DNA of 64,000 nt from Oopsacas minuta (Eukaryota; Animalia; Porifera), in NCBI GenBank assembly GCA_024704765.1, contig JAKMXF010000313.1, positions 217,450-281,449 on the forward strand. Direction: 5' to 3'. Made by a program: the position numbers and the translations under genes. Shown here one piece after another: positions 23,201 through 37,339 of the stretch (positions are counted from its first letter, which is position 1; every line of letters begins with the position of its first letter). The notes below the pieces were generated by a model, which was not told the origin of the DNA, did not search any database, and saw only the letters and a program-made list of their open reading frames with translations.

Positions 23201-24507
23201 GCAATATGGTTATGTAATTATATGCTTTGAAGAAAATCTCAGTCACGTATTCTTAGCAGCTAATTCCACTACAGGACTTTCAATTTTCCTGCAATGAAAT
23301 AGTAAGATACCCTGCCTCGACTATATTTAGTTATATCAAATCATTCAACATATGATAATATTCCCTACAGCTGTATAACGGAGTTCGGAGCTGTCTATTC
23401 CCGGTATAATTAGCAGATTTTTCCGAGATGAGTATAATCTAATGGCAGACATTAGGGGCTGCTGTAGCTATACGGGTAGTAATTACATTATATACGAATA
23501 TAATATTAATATATTAACTAACGCTAGGGTGAGAGTTGTAGACAAATTAATCGATGATAATCGATTTCATTATTGGTTAGTATGGGATTGTGTTAATAAC
23601 ACAGCTTGTATATGTATAATGTCTAGACGCTGTGTGAATAATACATTCTTCATTATAATCTATTATTACCAGTATAGAAAAGAATCTTGTCTACAATTAT
23701 AGCTAGATAATTATATAGATTTAATAGTAATGTCTACTTATAGCATACATGGGTTGCATGGCGCCAATACTCCTGTGTTTATCAGATTGGAAGGCTGTAA
23801 AATTTATAATATTCGGATACAATTATTACGTAATATATACATCTGGTAATACTAGATCAAAACGAATTTATTTCATCAAAACTCTCATAATAGATTAACA
23901 AGACGTTTCTATTTTGCATTTTTGCCCCGTCTTTGCTTGGAGAAAAAAAGGCTATTTTTGCTTTCCCTTAGCGTATCTGTTCCTGACAATATATAACAAC
24001 CGAGGTTTTATACGTTTTCTCGAGTACCCCTGACTAACAGTTGAAACGAAATCTCTAGCATCATTTAAATGATAAGCACAATGGTGTTTAAATATGATTA
24101 ATCATATGATTGACCTGTGAATTTGTGACTTTCAGACTCTCAAAATCGGACTCTATGCACTCAATTACCCCTCACAACCTGTTCAAATCTGATCTCTAGC
24201 ATGCTTTTGAATTTACATAGAAAGGTGTGAAAATATGATTAATCACCAAAAAGGTGTGGAATATTCACTTTAGAAAAATTCATACCCGAGGTGCATATCT
24301 CCGACCCAAGATGAATATGTGTACCACTTTTCATGTAAATCGGGCTGTTAGATTTCGCACGGCGGCTGACGGACTCCCTAGAGGAGCTGCACTAAAAATT
24401 ATGTTTTAATTCTGGACAACACTTCGTTTATTTTATTTGACTGATCCTGATTTAAATTTTTAAATTTATTTGCAAGTAGATTAAAATATATAATTTTTCT
24501 CCGATAG

Positions 24508-24774
24508 GTAGAAGCGTATCTTCGTGATTACAAAGAAGCGTTTGCTAGTGAAGAGAAATCAATAGCAGTACTAGTGAACATCCTAGCTGATCATCTTAAG
24601 GAGGAGTGGCACTCTAGACAGGAGGATGACTGTATTGCTGTGGAGAGAGTGTTAGTCATATTAAGGAACATTCTGTACACCCCAGTAGCACCTAACGAGG
24701 AGAAGAGAACTGATGATGATTGTAACTTACACGATCAGTTGGTATGGAATCTACACTCCAATGCTTGTCATCAG
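24508..24774 (+). CDS. TIMELESS: TIMELESS exon 3, 89 codons
   Basis: GATAG|GTA...CAG|GTATAT; YLRDYKEAFASE...ERVLVILRNILYTP...DDDCNLHDQLVWNLH. Confidence 0.93.
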
Positions 24775-27700
24775 GTATATTATGTATTATTATAATGTAT
24801 GTAAATGTATTTATCTGTTAGAATGGTACGGAAATCCTCCCATCTAAATTAATGCATTAGCATTATACACACTTTTAGAACGAGATCATATAACTCTGCT
24901 TATAACGAGCCTTTTATAACAATTATAGCATACAAGTAGTAAATATACTGCTGCTATAACATATTCATTTTATAACGAAACGAAACCGATGTACCGACAC
25001 TTCAAATACCGTGACATCACTGTATATCGAATAATATATTTTATCTGTATTTTCCTTCTCATTTGAATTTATCTTCCTTATCTTTCAGTTTTATTTATTC
25101 AGTACCTTAGGATATAATTAGGTTAAACTCATCGTCTTTTGGATTATTATATAATCTACGTATGCGTATACTTTATATGCAATACCAAGGGACAGATTGA
25201 CAACAAATATCGTTACTAACGGGTTTGGATACGTTCATACGTATATTATATATGAAATGAATTTGGTGATATTTTGTGTGATATGAAACATTTTCAGATA
25301 AAAGTATATTGAATTAGCATCTCATAGGTGATTTGTATTGAAGAATAGGTCACGTGTTCATTTTCCTTATCCTGACTCCTGAGGTTGTCGTATTTCAGAA
25401 ATGGCCAAATTTTAGTAGATGAGTATGATTGGTAGCATCATATGTTGTTACTTGTCAATTATATTAACATATGGTGTACCAATAAACATCTTAATATTAC
25501 TATCACTGACACTGTGAACTATCTGTAACGGTTTTATAGGTTTTCTTGCTTGTTCTCAACGTCTGATCAAGCTGTTACTGTTTATACTTTATTTATGTCT
25601 GACTGTGAATAAGTTATGCTCTCACGACTTACTAGGTAACCTCTTCTTAAAGATGTATTCGACCACCATACATTTGCTTATTCTACTTTCTAGCGGTTTT
25701 CGATACGTATGAGGAATTCAATGAGACTACTTAACAACTCATCATTCATATTGTTTAGGTTCTTTTAATATTCTACAACTCGAATCGCAAACAAGTTGTA
25801 GAATCAGGTTTTTATTGGACTAGATTGAAGCCAATCTCTAATTAGTCTCTGGCTGTTATCTAAGAGTCTCTTACTACTATTCACTAGCACTCCTATTGAT
25901 TTTTATTGCAGTCAAGTGTGTGTAATCCAGATTGTTTATCATGTCCCGTTTTTAGTGTGCCGGCTATACTAAAGTATAGTTCACAGTTCTAAAATGGTTG
26001 ACTTTCTTAGTCAGTAGGTATATATGTGTATATATATGTTCGCTCTCCAGTTCACACCTTTGATTAAGACTCGAAATTGGCATGTATAGTCGTAGTGACA
26101 TCTAGTTATGCACTTGACATTTGAGATTTTTCTAATGTGTATATTTTCAGACATTTCTATGTAAAATTCTAAAGAATGCTAGAGATTAGGTTTCAACATG
26201 TTATCATGGGCGCAATAGACATATAGGAGTGATTCAGTACGCTGAATCTGAATTTCGCATTTTCAAGTACGTATCTCATATGTAAATTTATTGTTATTTT
26301 TATGAATATAAAGTAAACAAATACTTGAAATATCAATATATAGAGACTTGCTATACATGGGTATTAGAGTACGCTGAATCCGAATTTTAAGTTCTCATGT
26401 ATAAATTTATTGTGACTTATTAATATAAAGTAAACAAATTATCCAAATTTCTAAATAATTTTCTCTTAACAGACATATCGTGTACCAAATAACGCTGAAT
26501 CCGGTGGCTTAAGGGAAATTACGTCAGCACAGGCGGTGATTTGAGATTTTTATATCCTATGTTTTGTATGTTAGTAAGTGCTCATAATCCGATATGCGCC
26601 CAATCCGGATCTTTTATCGATCAATTCCCATTTTATGTGCCTAATCCGAAAACAAAATTTATAGAAAAATTGTGATCTATTTTCAGGTAACTAGGAAAAA
26701 CGAACATTTATGAATAATTCAATTGAAAACTAATTAAAAAGCAGACCATAAGACAAATAATATTAGAGACTTAACTTGTAGTCTTTTAACAGTATTAATC
26801 TTTCTATAACATTTTGCATTTGGGGCCAAGTACGGAGTGCGGCTAATCCGGATTAGTTGTGCCCGCATTTGGCTGTATTATTAGTGAATTATCCCTTCTT
26901 ATTGTTTGATTAAGTCATTTTCGTTGAAGACGCATGTTTATCTGACTATATTAGTAGTTGATAAAATAACGGGACCACCTCAGGGGAGACAGTATTTTGA
27001 ACGCTCATAAAAACATAAAACATGAGTATATTTGTGATCTTTTCTAAAATCTTTAGCCGTTGGCGCATTTAGAATAAACAAATAAAACTTGACTTAAGTA
27101 TTTTGGAATATTTCAATAAAAGTATAAAACTTGAGTATATTTTTCATTTATTTGAATATAGTTTAGCAATGCTATGAGCATGAGTTGAGTAAACTTTAAA
27201 AAAAATGTTGATTGTAATGCATAAATTCATTAATTATCTTTCCAATCTAATTAGATAAGAAATGCATAATTATCAAAGAGCCTAAACGATATGAAGGATG
27301 TTCGTGACAACCTGTTAAGCAGTCTCAATGCAATATATTCCTCTTATACGGAAACCCCTAGAATAATTGGCAATGGTAAGAGCGTTAGTTTGTCTTAAAA
27401 TTATAAACTAAATCGGCCTACTCGGTGAAATACACGGTCGTGTATTAATTAGGATTTGATTTATCCTGGGTCTTGGCGGGTACCTAAAAGTGCCGACCGT
27501 AAGACTCAAATTGTACAGGATCGATATGTTACCATACAATAAAGTACCATTCCAGGAGCACCCCTGAAAGAAAAGTGCAGGCCAAGAAATTCCTAGATAA
27601 ACCCCTGTAGGCCATGGTTCAACTAAATAATTATCTGTTCATACCTGGACATACCCTATAATAGGGTATAGTCTGATATTGCGTTTTTTGCTCGCTAGAA

Positions 27701-28633
27701 AGTCATCTTTTGGCTTTCGATGACTAACCTTTAAAATTAGAGGTGAATAACTACGTTTAATATAGTCCTTGGCTCCCAACGCTCTCAAAATTCTTTATTT
27801 ACAGCTATCACGCAGGCACGCATTCCTTGCACGACTATATCACATCTAACATGATTTACTAATTCATATTCACATATTTAGCCGTTTCAACATTCTTTGC
27901 ACTGAACTCACAAATCGAAGTGCTAAGAATACCACATTCCACAGAGATATAATTTTAAACAAGTATGCTTACATTCTTTGCATATTTTACCATAATTATT
28001 TATTTGCTAATATTGTTAATAATCGCAATGTAGACTAATCTTGTGGATATCACTTTTCATTTTATCGTAGTATATTATGCAACAACTTTATTAGTATTAC
28101 CTCATATTATATATATTGTTTATATTGCCGGAAATTTTTCCACAAAATTAGCATAAGTCATATATGCATTGCTTTTTTTGTTTACTTTCATTGTTGAATA
28201 TCACAAGATGACATACCTATTAGAGTTGCACAACACTCAAACGTTATTCAATCCATAAAATATCAAGAAAGAATCCGTATGCTCCGTATGCTCCATATGT
28301 TATATTCAGAGCTGTGAATCTTTTATTCCATTAAAAGGATACAGAAACATAATTAGTACTAAGAAGACAACACTTCTTTTATTCAATAATACTGGTTTAA
28401 ATTATATGTCAATTATCATAATCTTAGGCATGCAGAATTGTTTGGCATGAATCAACCAATGAGTATGTTTCCCTTTGTTAAGTTTGTTTATTAATGTCTA
28501 TTGTATTTACTCTACACACGCACGTATTCATAGAATTCTATAGACTGCGTAGCGTATAAATACTAAGTTATTGCTATTAATTCCAGTACTCATTTTTGAT
28601 CATTGCATTTGATTATATCACCAAAAATTAAAT

Positions 28634-29611
28634 ATGTCAAATTGGGTAAAAATAATTTCTACAATAAATTCAGTATCTCATAGCTACTCCAGCCTCAGGT
28701 ATCTCAAAAAGATTGGAGCAGGAAGCTTTGCTACAGTTTTTGAGGTTCAGAATTCTGAAACACGAAACAATTATGCACTAAAAGTTATTAATAAAGATAA
28801 AATTACTAACTCAAATCTTTTACGAAGAATCAACCAAGAAATACATATTCACAAGTCATTAGATTCTCCATTCATTATTAAATACCACAAATCATGGGAA
28901 ACAGATTCCAGTATATGTATACTCCTAGAGCTGGCTAAGCGCGGTGATCTCTTCACTGTTTGGAGAAGACAGAAGATTCTACCTGATTACTCTATTTGCA
29001 AATATCTTGCTCAAATAGCAACTGCATTAGACTATATGCACCAAAATGAAGTGGTGTATCGCGACCTGAAACTTGAAAACGTTCTGTTGTCCGATAAAGG
29101 AGAAGTCAAACTATCAGATTTTGGTCTCGCAGGCAAATTATGTAAAGGAAAACACGATCTTACGTTTTGTGGTACCATGGAATATATGTCACCAGAAATG
29201 TTAGCTGCTTCTTTCTACTCCCATTCAACTGATTTCTGGTCATTAGGAGTGTTGGCATATTCTCTGATTTTTGGCCGTTATCCTTACCAGCCTGAAGCTA
29301 CCTACAATGATATGATAAATAAAGTATTATCTTGCAGACCTAGCTATTCTTCCCCGAGTTCTGTTATTAGTCAGTCCTGCAAATCTCTACTGGATGGACT
29401 GCTTGAAGTATCTGCTAAGAAGAGGATAGCATCTCTCGACGAGTTGAAAGAACACGCCTATTTCAGAAGCTTTGATTTTAGCTCATTAAGGGAGATTAGA
29501 AGAGATGGTTTTCAGCTAGGTAGTAAATTCCCACTTATGCAACACATAAGAAATGCTATAAATACTCCAATGAAAATCAATATGCAAGAAAACAGAACTT
29601 TTGAATTTTAA
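28634..29611 (+). CDS. AGC-group Ser/Thr protein kinase, catalytic domain only, most like RSKR/SgK494; single exon; nested in TIMELESS intron 3 on the same strand
   Basis: GAGSFATV, YALK, QEIHI, YRDLKLEN, DFG, TFCGTMEYMSPE, DFWSLGV. DLFTVW and GRYPY..E..Y..M resemble recalled RSKR features. Confidence 0.92.
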   Translation: MSNWVKIISTINSVSHSYSSLRYLKKIGAGSFATVFEVQNSETRNNYALKVINKDKITNSNLLRRINQEIHIHKSLDSPFIIKYHKSWETDSSICILLELAKRGDLFTVWRRQKILPDYSICKYLAQIATALDYMHQNEVVYRDLKLENVLLSDKGEVKLSDFGLAGKLCKGKHDLTFCGTMEYMSPEMLAASFYSHSTDFWSLGVLAYSLIFGRYPYQPEATYNDMINKVLSCRPSYSSPSSVISQSCKSLLDGLLEVSAKKRIASLDELKEHAYFRSFDFSSLREIRRDGFQLGSKFPLMQHIRNAINTPMKINMQENRTFEF

Positions 29612-31749
29612 ATTCTAAACACTCAAATACTAACTACTACATCTGTATAATTTCAATATACATTAATATACCCACCAATTATCTATTGATCTACTCTTGA
29701 AATCTGATGAACTGTTGGTCACTATTCTAATTTCAGATAATATCATTATTTAACTCTGGGGATAGGTCTTATGGGTAGGTGACCGTAGATAGCCGACGGA
29801 CGCGTTATTGAGTAGAATACACGTGTTCTATTACTTTTATCTACGTGCTACAATCTCTTGAATATTCCTACTTAGACATTTTTGCGTTTATAAATTTAAT
29901 TCATGTCCCTCTAGCTGATGGCATGTCTAGATAAACTACAATATGCAGATTCATTTAGTAAGTAGTAATACATATTTTGGCGAAATCTATTCGAAACAAG
30001 TTTTGATAGCAATTTTATTCTATTGTCATATGAATTATAGTACGTGCGCGTGTATTGACAATTTATGAGGAATCATGATCTCGGAAAATAATTCAAGTAA
30101 TTTGGTGATCAGTCAGTCCATAATTTAGTCATTTCGTGATCGTTTCAATTATTTCATCAGATTAGACATCAACCATAGCATTCGAAGATTTACCCATTTA
30201 TAATGGCAGAATTAAGTAATTATCTGTGCAAGGTATTATACATCGAGTCTGTGTTCAATAATCCATTTCTAGCACGATATGGATACATCGATATAGATTT
30301 CTAATGGAAAATATCTAAGTTGCTTAATACGTCTTTCAATGAAGATGTATTACGTATAATACGTATTTTATAATACGTATTATACGTTCAATCTACAATT
30401 TTTGGTGACGTAACTTCTATTAGACTAATTCCTGAAATAATTATTTTACATGAAAACAGTAGTTCTCGAATTGTTAATGAGAAATCTCAGCATAGTTGAC
30501 CAAATTATATAATAATTGAGAATAATGTGGCTTATACAAGTCTATCAATGTCAAAATCTCATGTTTCGAGGTTAACTTAGACGTATAATACGTATTATAC
30601 AACTTAGGAAAATATAGTCAATTGGGGAACTCGGAATTTGACCTAAAATTCATTTCGTTTGGGATTGACAGATTTGTGACTTGTAGACCAGTTACATTTG
30701 GATATGTTGTATGATATTGACTATTTGTTTGTATAAAAGGTGTAAAGAATATGAAATGTATAAAGTATGTCCGTATTGTGATCTTATGTTAAAAATGGGT
30801 TATAAAGTGGCGTTAGAAAAGAAGATATTTATAAAGTGAAAAAGATAATTATAGAAATAAGGGATTTATAGAAATTCGGACGTGACGGGACTTTTATTGT
30901 ATTGCTTATAAACGGGCACCTTTGGCGGGGATCAGGGATTTATGTCACTATCAAGGTTAAAACCGATCGAACCGAATATCAGTATTCATGAATAGTTGCT
31001 TGACCGAAAACTGACAATATTCGGTTACATCAACCGAATATTGATATTCGCTTTGTAACCAAATATTGAACTATTCGCCAAATATAATTCGGTTGAATCG
31101 AATATTGGACTATTTTGTTGCAACTTTGGTCACTACCTTAGGGGTCTGGGAGTTTTATTCGGATTATATTTCGACGTGTGCTTGCCGAGGGTTTGCGTAT
31201 GTCGGTGGTGTGTTATACGGTTGCTTTGTGTTTTGCCCATTTCTTATGTTGTTTTGTTTTGTTTTGTTTTGTTTGTTTGTTCGTTTGTTCTTTATACTTT
31301 TTGTACTGTTGTGTCAGTTCTATTGTTCTGGATTTGGTATTAGGTAGAAGTTATAGAGTGTTGTTTTGTTGTGTTTGCTGTAGTTCTGTCAAGTTTCTGT
31401 ATTTTGTTTCGCTACTCGCTTTCTTTACGTTCTTCGCTTTTTGTAGTGTATCTGTAGGGACTTGGCTATGTTGCGAGGATTTGCCACTTTAGAACAACTT
31501 TGAGTTGAGATTGTAATATGTTGGGCCTTTGGGAGTAGCTTAATGTTGATCGATTTATCACAATAGTGGTATACCCACAACATATTTCGAATTTAGGTCA
31601 TTTTCCTACTTCCTAATATTATTTTCGTCAATTCCTATTTCGCAATATATATTTCTAATTCTTGCACTTTTTAGGTTAAATTCCTGCGTCCCATCAACTG
31701 TATAGCATCCTAGGTTGCTGGTTAGAAAGTAGAAACCCTTTTAGGAAAA

Positions 31750-31888
31750 GAGTTTAACAAATGATAGGACAAATATCGACAATTTTCGATATTATTTTTG
31801 TAAATCCCGATATCGATATTTTCGATAAAACATCGTAATGTACGATATTTCAATATTTTCATAACCGATATATCAGTACCAAACCTTG
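31750..31888. repeat. CGATAT-rich dispersed repeat, probably a hAT MITE right end; copies at about 56620-56748 and 63370-63487
   Basis: Shared terminus TTCATAACCGATATATC(A/G)GT(A/G)CCAAAC(C/T)TTG preceded by CGATAT motifs. Confidence 0.65.
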
Positions 31889-32326
31889 TCTATATGTATT
31901 AAATCCGGATCACCACTGATAAATATATGTTTATCCCATTCTCTATATGAAAACATCCAGCCAACACGCTAGTCGTTCTGCTCAGACCATTTCTACCGAT
32001 TGCCCGTGACTAGCATTGAAAATCTCTAGCATAACTTAATGAATATTTTGGTGATACATTAGTGACTGAATATTCATTGCCAGATTAGGAATCAATATAC
32101 GCAAATAAGTAATCTAAAATACCTGAATATCATATCAATAGAAAATTGTTACACTATTTTATATGATATGTGATATTCTCCCCTCACATATGCCAAGGAA
32201 ACTATAAGCATTGAAATATATTAGTGAATATCTTACAAAATTTAGTTCAAATTATGTAATTTTATGTGCTTTATGCTTCTCTTTTCATTTATGTCACATT
32301 TTAATAATTAGCTCGCAATTTTTTTC

Positions 32327-34045
32327 TCAGTATTGACACACTATCCTACTAATATTGAGAGAGGAATTAAAATGATCAATAAGAACATTCCTTGCAGGAG
32401 CCTTGTTGTCATATTGTTTGAAAGAGAATCCAAATCCTAAAGCAAATAAGGCGACGAATAATCCAATCATTATTATCTTGCATATGCTCCCAGAGAATTT
32501 CCTTTCCTTTGCTCGTTTGTCAACTTTATACCTTGAGGTTAAGAGGTTCAATGATTCATATTCATGGTTAGCATGCTGTTCTCTATATATTGATTTTATT
32601 CCAGCGTTCTCTTGTGCTTCATCTGCTACTTTTCTCCAGTTAGTACATATCACAATTAATAGGAATATTAAGGATTGTAAAATGATAGCGGATGCCATTC
32701 CTATCCAATACCCCTTTGCTTCCATTTTCGCTACCACGCATAAGCAAATGGAGAGAGGCACTGCGAACAATTGATAGACAATTAGATTTGTAATCGAACC
32801 AATCTTCTGACGACCACATCCTTTTATAATCGCTCCCCCTATAAGTTTTAAACCATCAAAGTTTAAATAAATAGCAGTAATATAGAGACCGCTAGATGCA
32901 CCTGCTATAATACATTCATCTTTTGTGAATAACTGGGCTAGATTGGACCTGAGTAAGAAGACTGCTACTGAGAAGTGCATTCCTATCAAGAATATGATGG
33001 ACAGACATAAATAGGAGGTTTTTCGTGCTAATGATGGGTTGTTTGCTCCTAAAAGATTTCCAACACGGACAGTTGCAGCTATCCCAAAACCAACTGGAAT
33101 TGTGAATAATTGACCACTCACATTTAACATCACTGAGAAGATACCAACCTGTATTTTTGGATCAACACTAGTAGCCCCTACTATCAGGAACCCTATCTCA
33201 AATGTCCACCAATCCAGACATAGCATTATTAAGCCAGGAACTCCGAACTTGCAGTAGTGGAGCCAACCCTTCAGAGCGTCCATTCTCAAACCCTGCCAGG
33301 AGGATTTGTACAGAGAAGAACAGCGGATATACCCCATGTAGATTATAGCTAGAGACCAATAGCTAATTACTAGAGATATAGCAGCGCCTTCCACCCCTAA
33401 TTTTAATTGGATTATCAATATATAATGGCTCGTGACATTAATCAGATTACCTATTACATTCAGAATTATACATGGATATACCACACGTTGTGATTGTACG
33501 TATTTTCTCGCCATGAAGTATATGGCGACTGCTGGATTAGATATGCAAAGAATCTTCAGATACTTGCCTGCGATTGCTGCAACTTGTGGATCCTGGTGTA
33601 TCATTATCAAGATAGGTTCTGCATTCAAACACACAGCTATAATAGGAAGACAGGATACTAGGCCAATGAGTAAAGCACGTTGGAAGTACAAACCAACGAG
33701 AGGGTAGTTCTTCGCGCCGTAAGCCTGAGAACAGAGAGTATCCATTCCTGAGCTCAATCCTATCATTATGGATTTGCATGAAATGTTTGCAAATGAAAGG
33801 GCCAACGCTGCTCCGTCTAGATACACTCCTCCCTCTCCAATGTGACCAGTGAAGAACAGACTTATGACTGGGAGCATTTGACTCCCGAATGCAGTGATTG
33901 CACAAGGCCAAGCTAATTTGTTAATAGTTAAAAACTCAGTCACTAGCCAAAAGGAGAGCAATTTCTTATACCATTTTTTAGGTTGAACTTGTTCATATTC
34001 TTGCATAACGTCAGATAAAGTATTTACATCATTCAAAAAACACAT
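32327..34045 (-). CDS. MATE-family multidrug and toxin extrusion transporter (SLC47A-like), 572 aa, single exon; nested antisense in TIMELESS intron 3
   Basis: GLSSGMDTLCSQAYGAKNY..VGLYFQRA, KFGVPGLIMLCLDWWTFEIG, VRVGNLLGANNP..A, GAIIKGCGRQKIG, about 12 TM segments plus an extra C-terminal TM as in SLC47. Confidence 0.96.
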   Translation of the reverse strand: MCFLNDVNTLSDVMQEYEQVQPKKWYKKLLSFWLVTEFLTINKLAWPCAITAFGSQMLPVISLFFTGHIGEGGVYLDGAALALSFANISCKSIMIGLSSGMDTLCSQAYGAKNYPLVGLYFQRALLIGLVSCLPIIAVCLNAEPILIMIHQDPQVAAIAGKYLKILCISNPAVAIYFMARKYVQSQRVVYPCIILNVIGNLINVTSHYILIIQLKLGVEGAAISLVISYWSLAIIYMGYIRCSSLYKSSWQGLRMDALKGWLHYCKFGVPGLIMLCLDWWTFEIGFLIVGATSVDPKIQVGIFSVMLNVSGQLFTIPVGFGIAATVRVGNLLGANNPSLARKTSYLCLSIIFLIGMHFSVAVFLLRSNLAQLFTKDECIIAGASSGLYITAIYLNFDGLKLIGGAIIKGCGRQKIGSITNLIVYQLFAVPLSICLCVVAKMEAKGYWIGMASAIILQSLIFLLIVICTNWRKVADEAQENAGIKSIYREQHANHEYESLNLLTSRYKVDKRAKERKFSGSICKIIMIGLFVALFALGFGFSFKQYDNKAPARNVLIDHFNSSLNISRIVCQY

Positions 34046-37000
34046 ATTTATATAATTGTATTATTAGAGTATGTAATTATAAATTACAGCATGTCTTACT
34101 CACGAGTTTATTATTTGTTGTTTTGAGTGTTTAGAGAATTCACGTCACTAGCGAGTTTATTGTTCATAATACAATATACACATACACAAGACATCTACGA
34201 GGTGGATGGAAATTCTATTTTCAACATTATTATACTTTAGGAGTTCTCTTGGGTCAGCTGCTCCTCTATTACATGCCTAATAAATTTGCATGTGTCTCAA
34301 TATTACTTGGCTAATTGTTTGTCCACAAAATATAACCTCCAAGTATAATTTAGCTTTTTCGAAACTGTACTTTGCATCTATTTGGTGGTAGGGCTTGCAA
34401 TTCTAGGATTAACAAAAGAATATACATTTTCTGAAATTATTCCTACATCTATATAATTTTAATAATATTCTGAATTGTTGTTTGTCTGACTGTTTGATCC
34501 GCTAAAGGATATATGGTGCTACTGCCTTTTGAATCCGAATTCCACAATCCTGTAATATCAGGTTTTTTAAGAAAGTAAAAATATAATTAATTCAATAAAG
34601 CTTGACTGAATATACAAATATGCTGAATTCTATTTCACACTTTGAAATTAATCATTTGTAAATTTCTTTCTTGTTTTTTGAGCATAAAGGAAACAAATTA
34701 ACCAAATTTCAACATTCGTACATGCAGAGCATGGACTCGCCACGGGCATAGGAGCAATACTCCCCCTGATAAAATCTTGTGCCCCGGGCATGCCCCCTTG
34801 GCTCAAATTGAAAACTGTAAAATCTCGGCTCGCTTCGCTCACATCTTACCCTCATATATTCTGCAATCTCACCCAAATATTATTCGAGGCCCCACATCAT
34901 TGGGACCAGAAAAATCTCGACTTTCTTGGCCAATTGCAAACCAAACGCCAAACGTTATTTCTTCAAATGGGTTTCGCTCCTGGACCTTACTGATTGTTTA
35001 CATGGCCCATAGACCTCATCTGGAAATTGTTTCTCAGCAGATTGAACTTGTGCTCCCCCATATTTCAAGGCCACACGACGCCACTGCCCAGTTGGATGGT
35101 TATACCCAACTAGAAATTTATAGATCCACCACTTGCCATGTCTCCTGCTAAACGCGTGAAAACACCTTGTCCCTCGTCCTGCCCCTCCCCTGGTAATTTC
35201 TTTGCCTCCCTAGGTAAAAAATCCTGACTACGTCCCTAATGCAGAGGCTAGAGGTTTGCTCTCTAGTGGTACATACATCCTTCGATCATTTGATATTAAT
35301 TCTGGAATTGAAGACGCACTTGTGATCGTTCATCAAAGCTTTGAAATGGTGCATTATTCCAAGTCAAATTTCTGAGACTTGAAGCAATCCATGGTCCAGG
35401 AAATTCTATACCGTGAATAGGGTTCAGTTTTGTAGTATGTGAGCATCGATTACTCTAATGTAATTGTTTACTTTACAAATATCACTAATAGAAGGAAATG
35501 TTTTCCAAACAAACATACACACACACGCACAATAATTGAGTTTTAAAGATATGATGTATACCAGACGTTCGTTGCTTGCACTCGCGGCTTACGCATTCGT
35601 ACATGTACATCGCATGTAAATTCTTTGCTTTGTGAGTTGTGACTGAATATTTTATCCTAATTTAGGAGATAACTAATTTTCAGTTTCAAATATCAATTAC
35701 ATCAGGCTTGGGCAGGGTTACTGGGTCTATTGAGTCAAGTAATGATAATCATACATATGTTCTGTCTTTATTTACTTTATGAACATATTATGTGATACAA
35801 TTCCCTTTTCAACATCAACAAAGTTCAAAGGCTAAACAAGGATCTTGTATACAAAGCTGTGTCATAGCAGGGTTATGATAGACAGGGCAACCTGGTCAGA
35901 GGTCACCGGGTCAACTCGGTCATCAGGTCATGTAATCTTGCCCCGCTCCAAGCCTGCATTACATATATCAGTTATAGCTCACCCGTTTAGAATTATGATA
36001 CAAAATTATTTTCTCCGGGCCACATCTTATCCAGTATCCACATTTATTTAATTCATATGAGATTGTATGTAGTGCACGTACAGTCAACTCGGGTTATTTA
36101 GAAGCTCGGGGGACTGCAATAATTACTACTTGGATATAACCGATGGAATATTTGTTACTTTGACGGTTTGGGTCCGTATTTGTACAATTCAGGCTTCGAT
36201 ATAAGCCTGTTTTCGATATGTCTGTGTTCGATATAACGGGAGTCTGGTAGTTGGAATTTCAAAATATTTTACTTGCATAAAACAAATATATATTTCTGCT
36301 TTCTTTGTAACAAATATAGTATTTATAATATCTTCCTTTTACAAGTTATTTGAAAAAGTGTCTACATGAAATTCTCTTTTCAAATGGTTTTTTGAATTGA
36401 TAAGTTGTCTAGACCTAATACATGCACGGTTCTTTCACGAAGTATTGTAGAATACAAAGTCTTCGTCATAAATCTTATAAAAGTTCACTCCTTAATATAA
36501 TTACTTTTGCGTTGCCATTATTTTAACTTTAAACATATCTTTTTACCATTTCAGCTAACTTGAGCTGTTAATAGCCAAATTCCAGCTGTTGACAGCTTAT
36601 CTGTTTCCATCCTGATTATTATATATTGTGTCAAACTTCATAATGACATCATTTTGTAGTATACGTATACCTACATGGATTACAAAGTAATACAATCGTT
36701 TCCCAGTGAGGATCGATCTGCCTTGTTCGTATTTACCCTTTTGATATTCGCTTAAAAATCTCTAAAAAATTTTAATTTAAATCTTCCGTCCTACATTTCA
36801 TTCTCCTCCACTAAAGAAATCTTCCTCACTTCAGTTTCTTTCAATTGCTCTTCTAACAATTTCTTGATTAGCTCGGTTTCTTTCGTGTAATAACCTTGAA
36901 ATTCGTTGTTCTTTATTATTTCAGGTCCTTTAATCTTAAAATATTTCGATTTTTTGGTCATTAATTTGCCATAGAAAACTAATAGCAGACGCTTGGATGG

Positions 37001-37165
37001 TTGTCTAACAATGTAGAACTTTACTAGGTCTGGAAAGCTCTTGAAATGAGGTATTGTATACACTACAGCAGTGGTTCTCAGCTGGTGTGCTCAAACATTG
37101 ATATGAAAGTGCTAAAAATAGAACTAGAGGAGAACTACTCCTTAACACCATTATTTACGTGTATA

Positions 37166-37339
37166 CAGTAGAACCTGCATAAACCAACACTAGCTGGAAC
37201 AAAAATTTTTGTCGGTTTAGCAAATTGTCGGATTATGCAAGTGGATATATATTGTCGGAAGCTATTTCAGGTCAGAAACGCTGTAGGATTATAAAGGTCT
37301 TCTGGAGTACACAGGTGTGTGTTTATGCAGGTTCTACAG
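37166..37339. mobile_element. Tigger-like MITE, family A copy
   Basis: TA|CAGTAGAACCTGCATAAAC...GTTTATGCAGGTTCTACAG|TA. Confidence 0.8.

Noticed and set aside
27291-27375. ATG-started mini-exon (MKDVRDNLLSS...) ending at G|GTAAG as an upstream exon of the kinase
   Set aside because: It ends in phase 1, I found no convincing matching acceptor in the kinase 5' region, and there is no homology support.
31066-31492. Hydrophobic Cys/Phe/Val-rich ORFs suggesting membrane proteins
   Set aside because: They arise from GTTTT/TTG low-complexity sequence.
32403-33911. ORFs overlapping the MATE gene (likewise those antisense to TIMELESS exon 7, ARL2BP and NTHL1)
   Set aside because: Shadows of genuine coding sequence with no independent motifs.
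36791-37063. Minus-strand ORF with FKSFPDLVKFY resembling an SH2 C-terminal helix
   Set aside because: No upstream FLVRES-type SH2 core or exon was found, and the ORF abuts a hAT-like TIR (CAGTGGTTCTCA, about 37071). It cannot be assigned and may be a TE or gene fragment.
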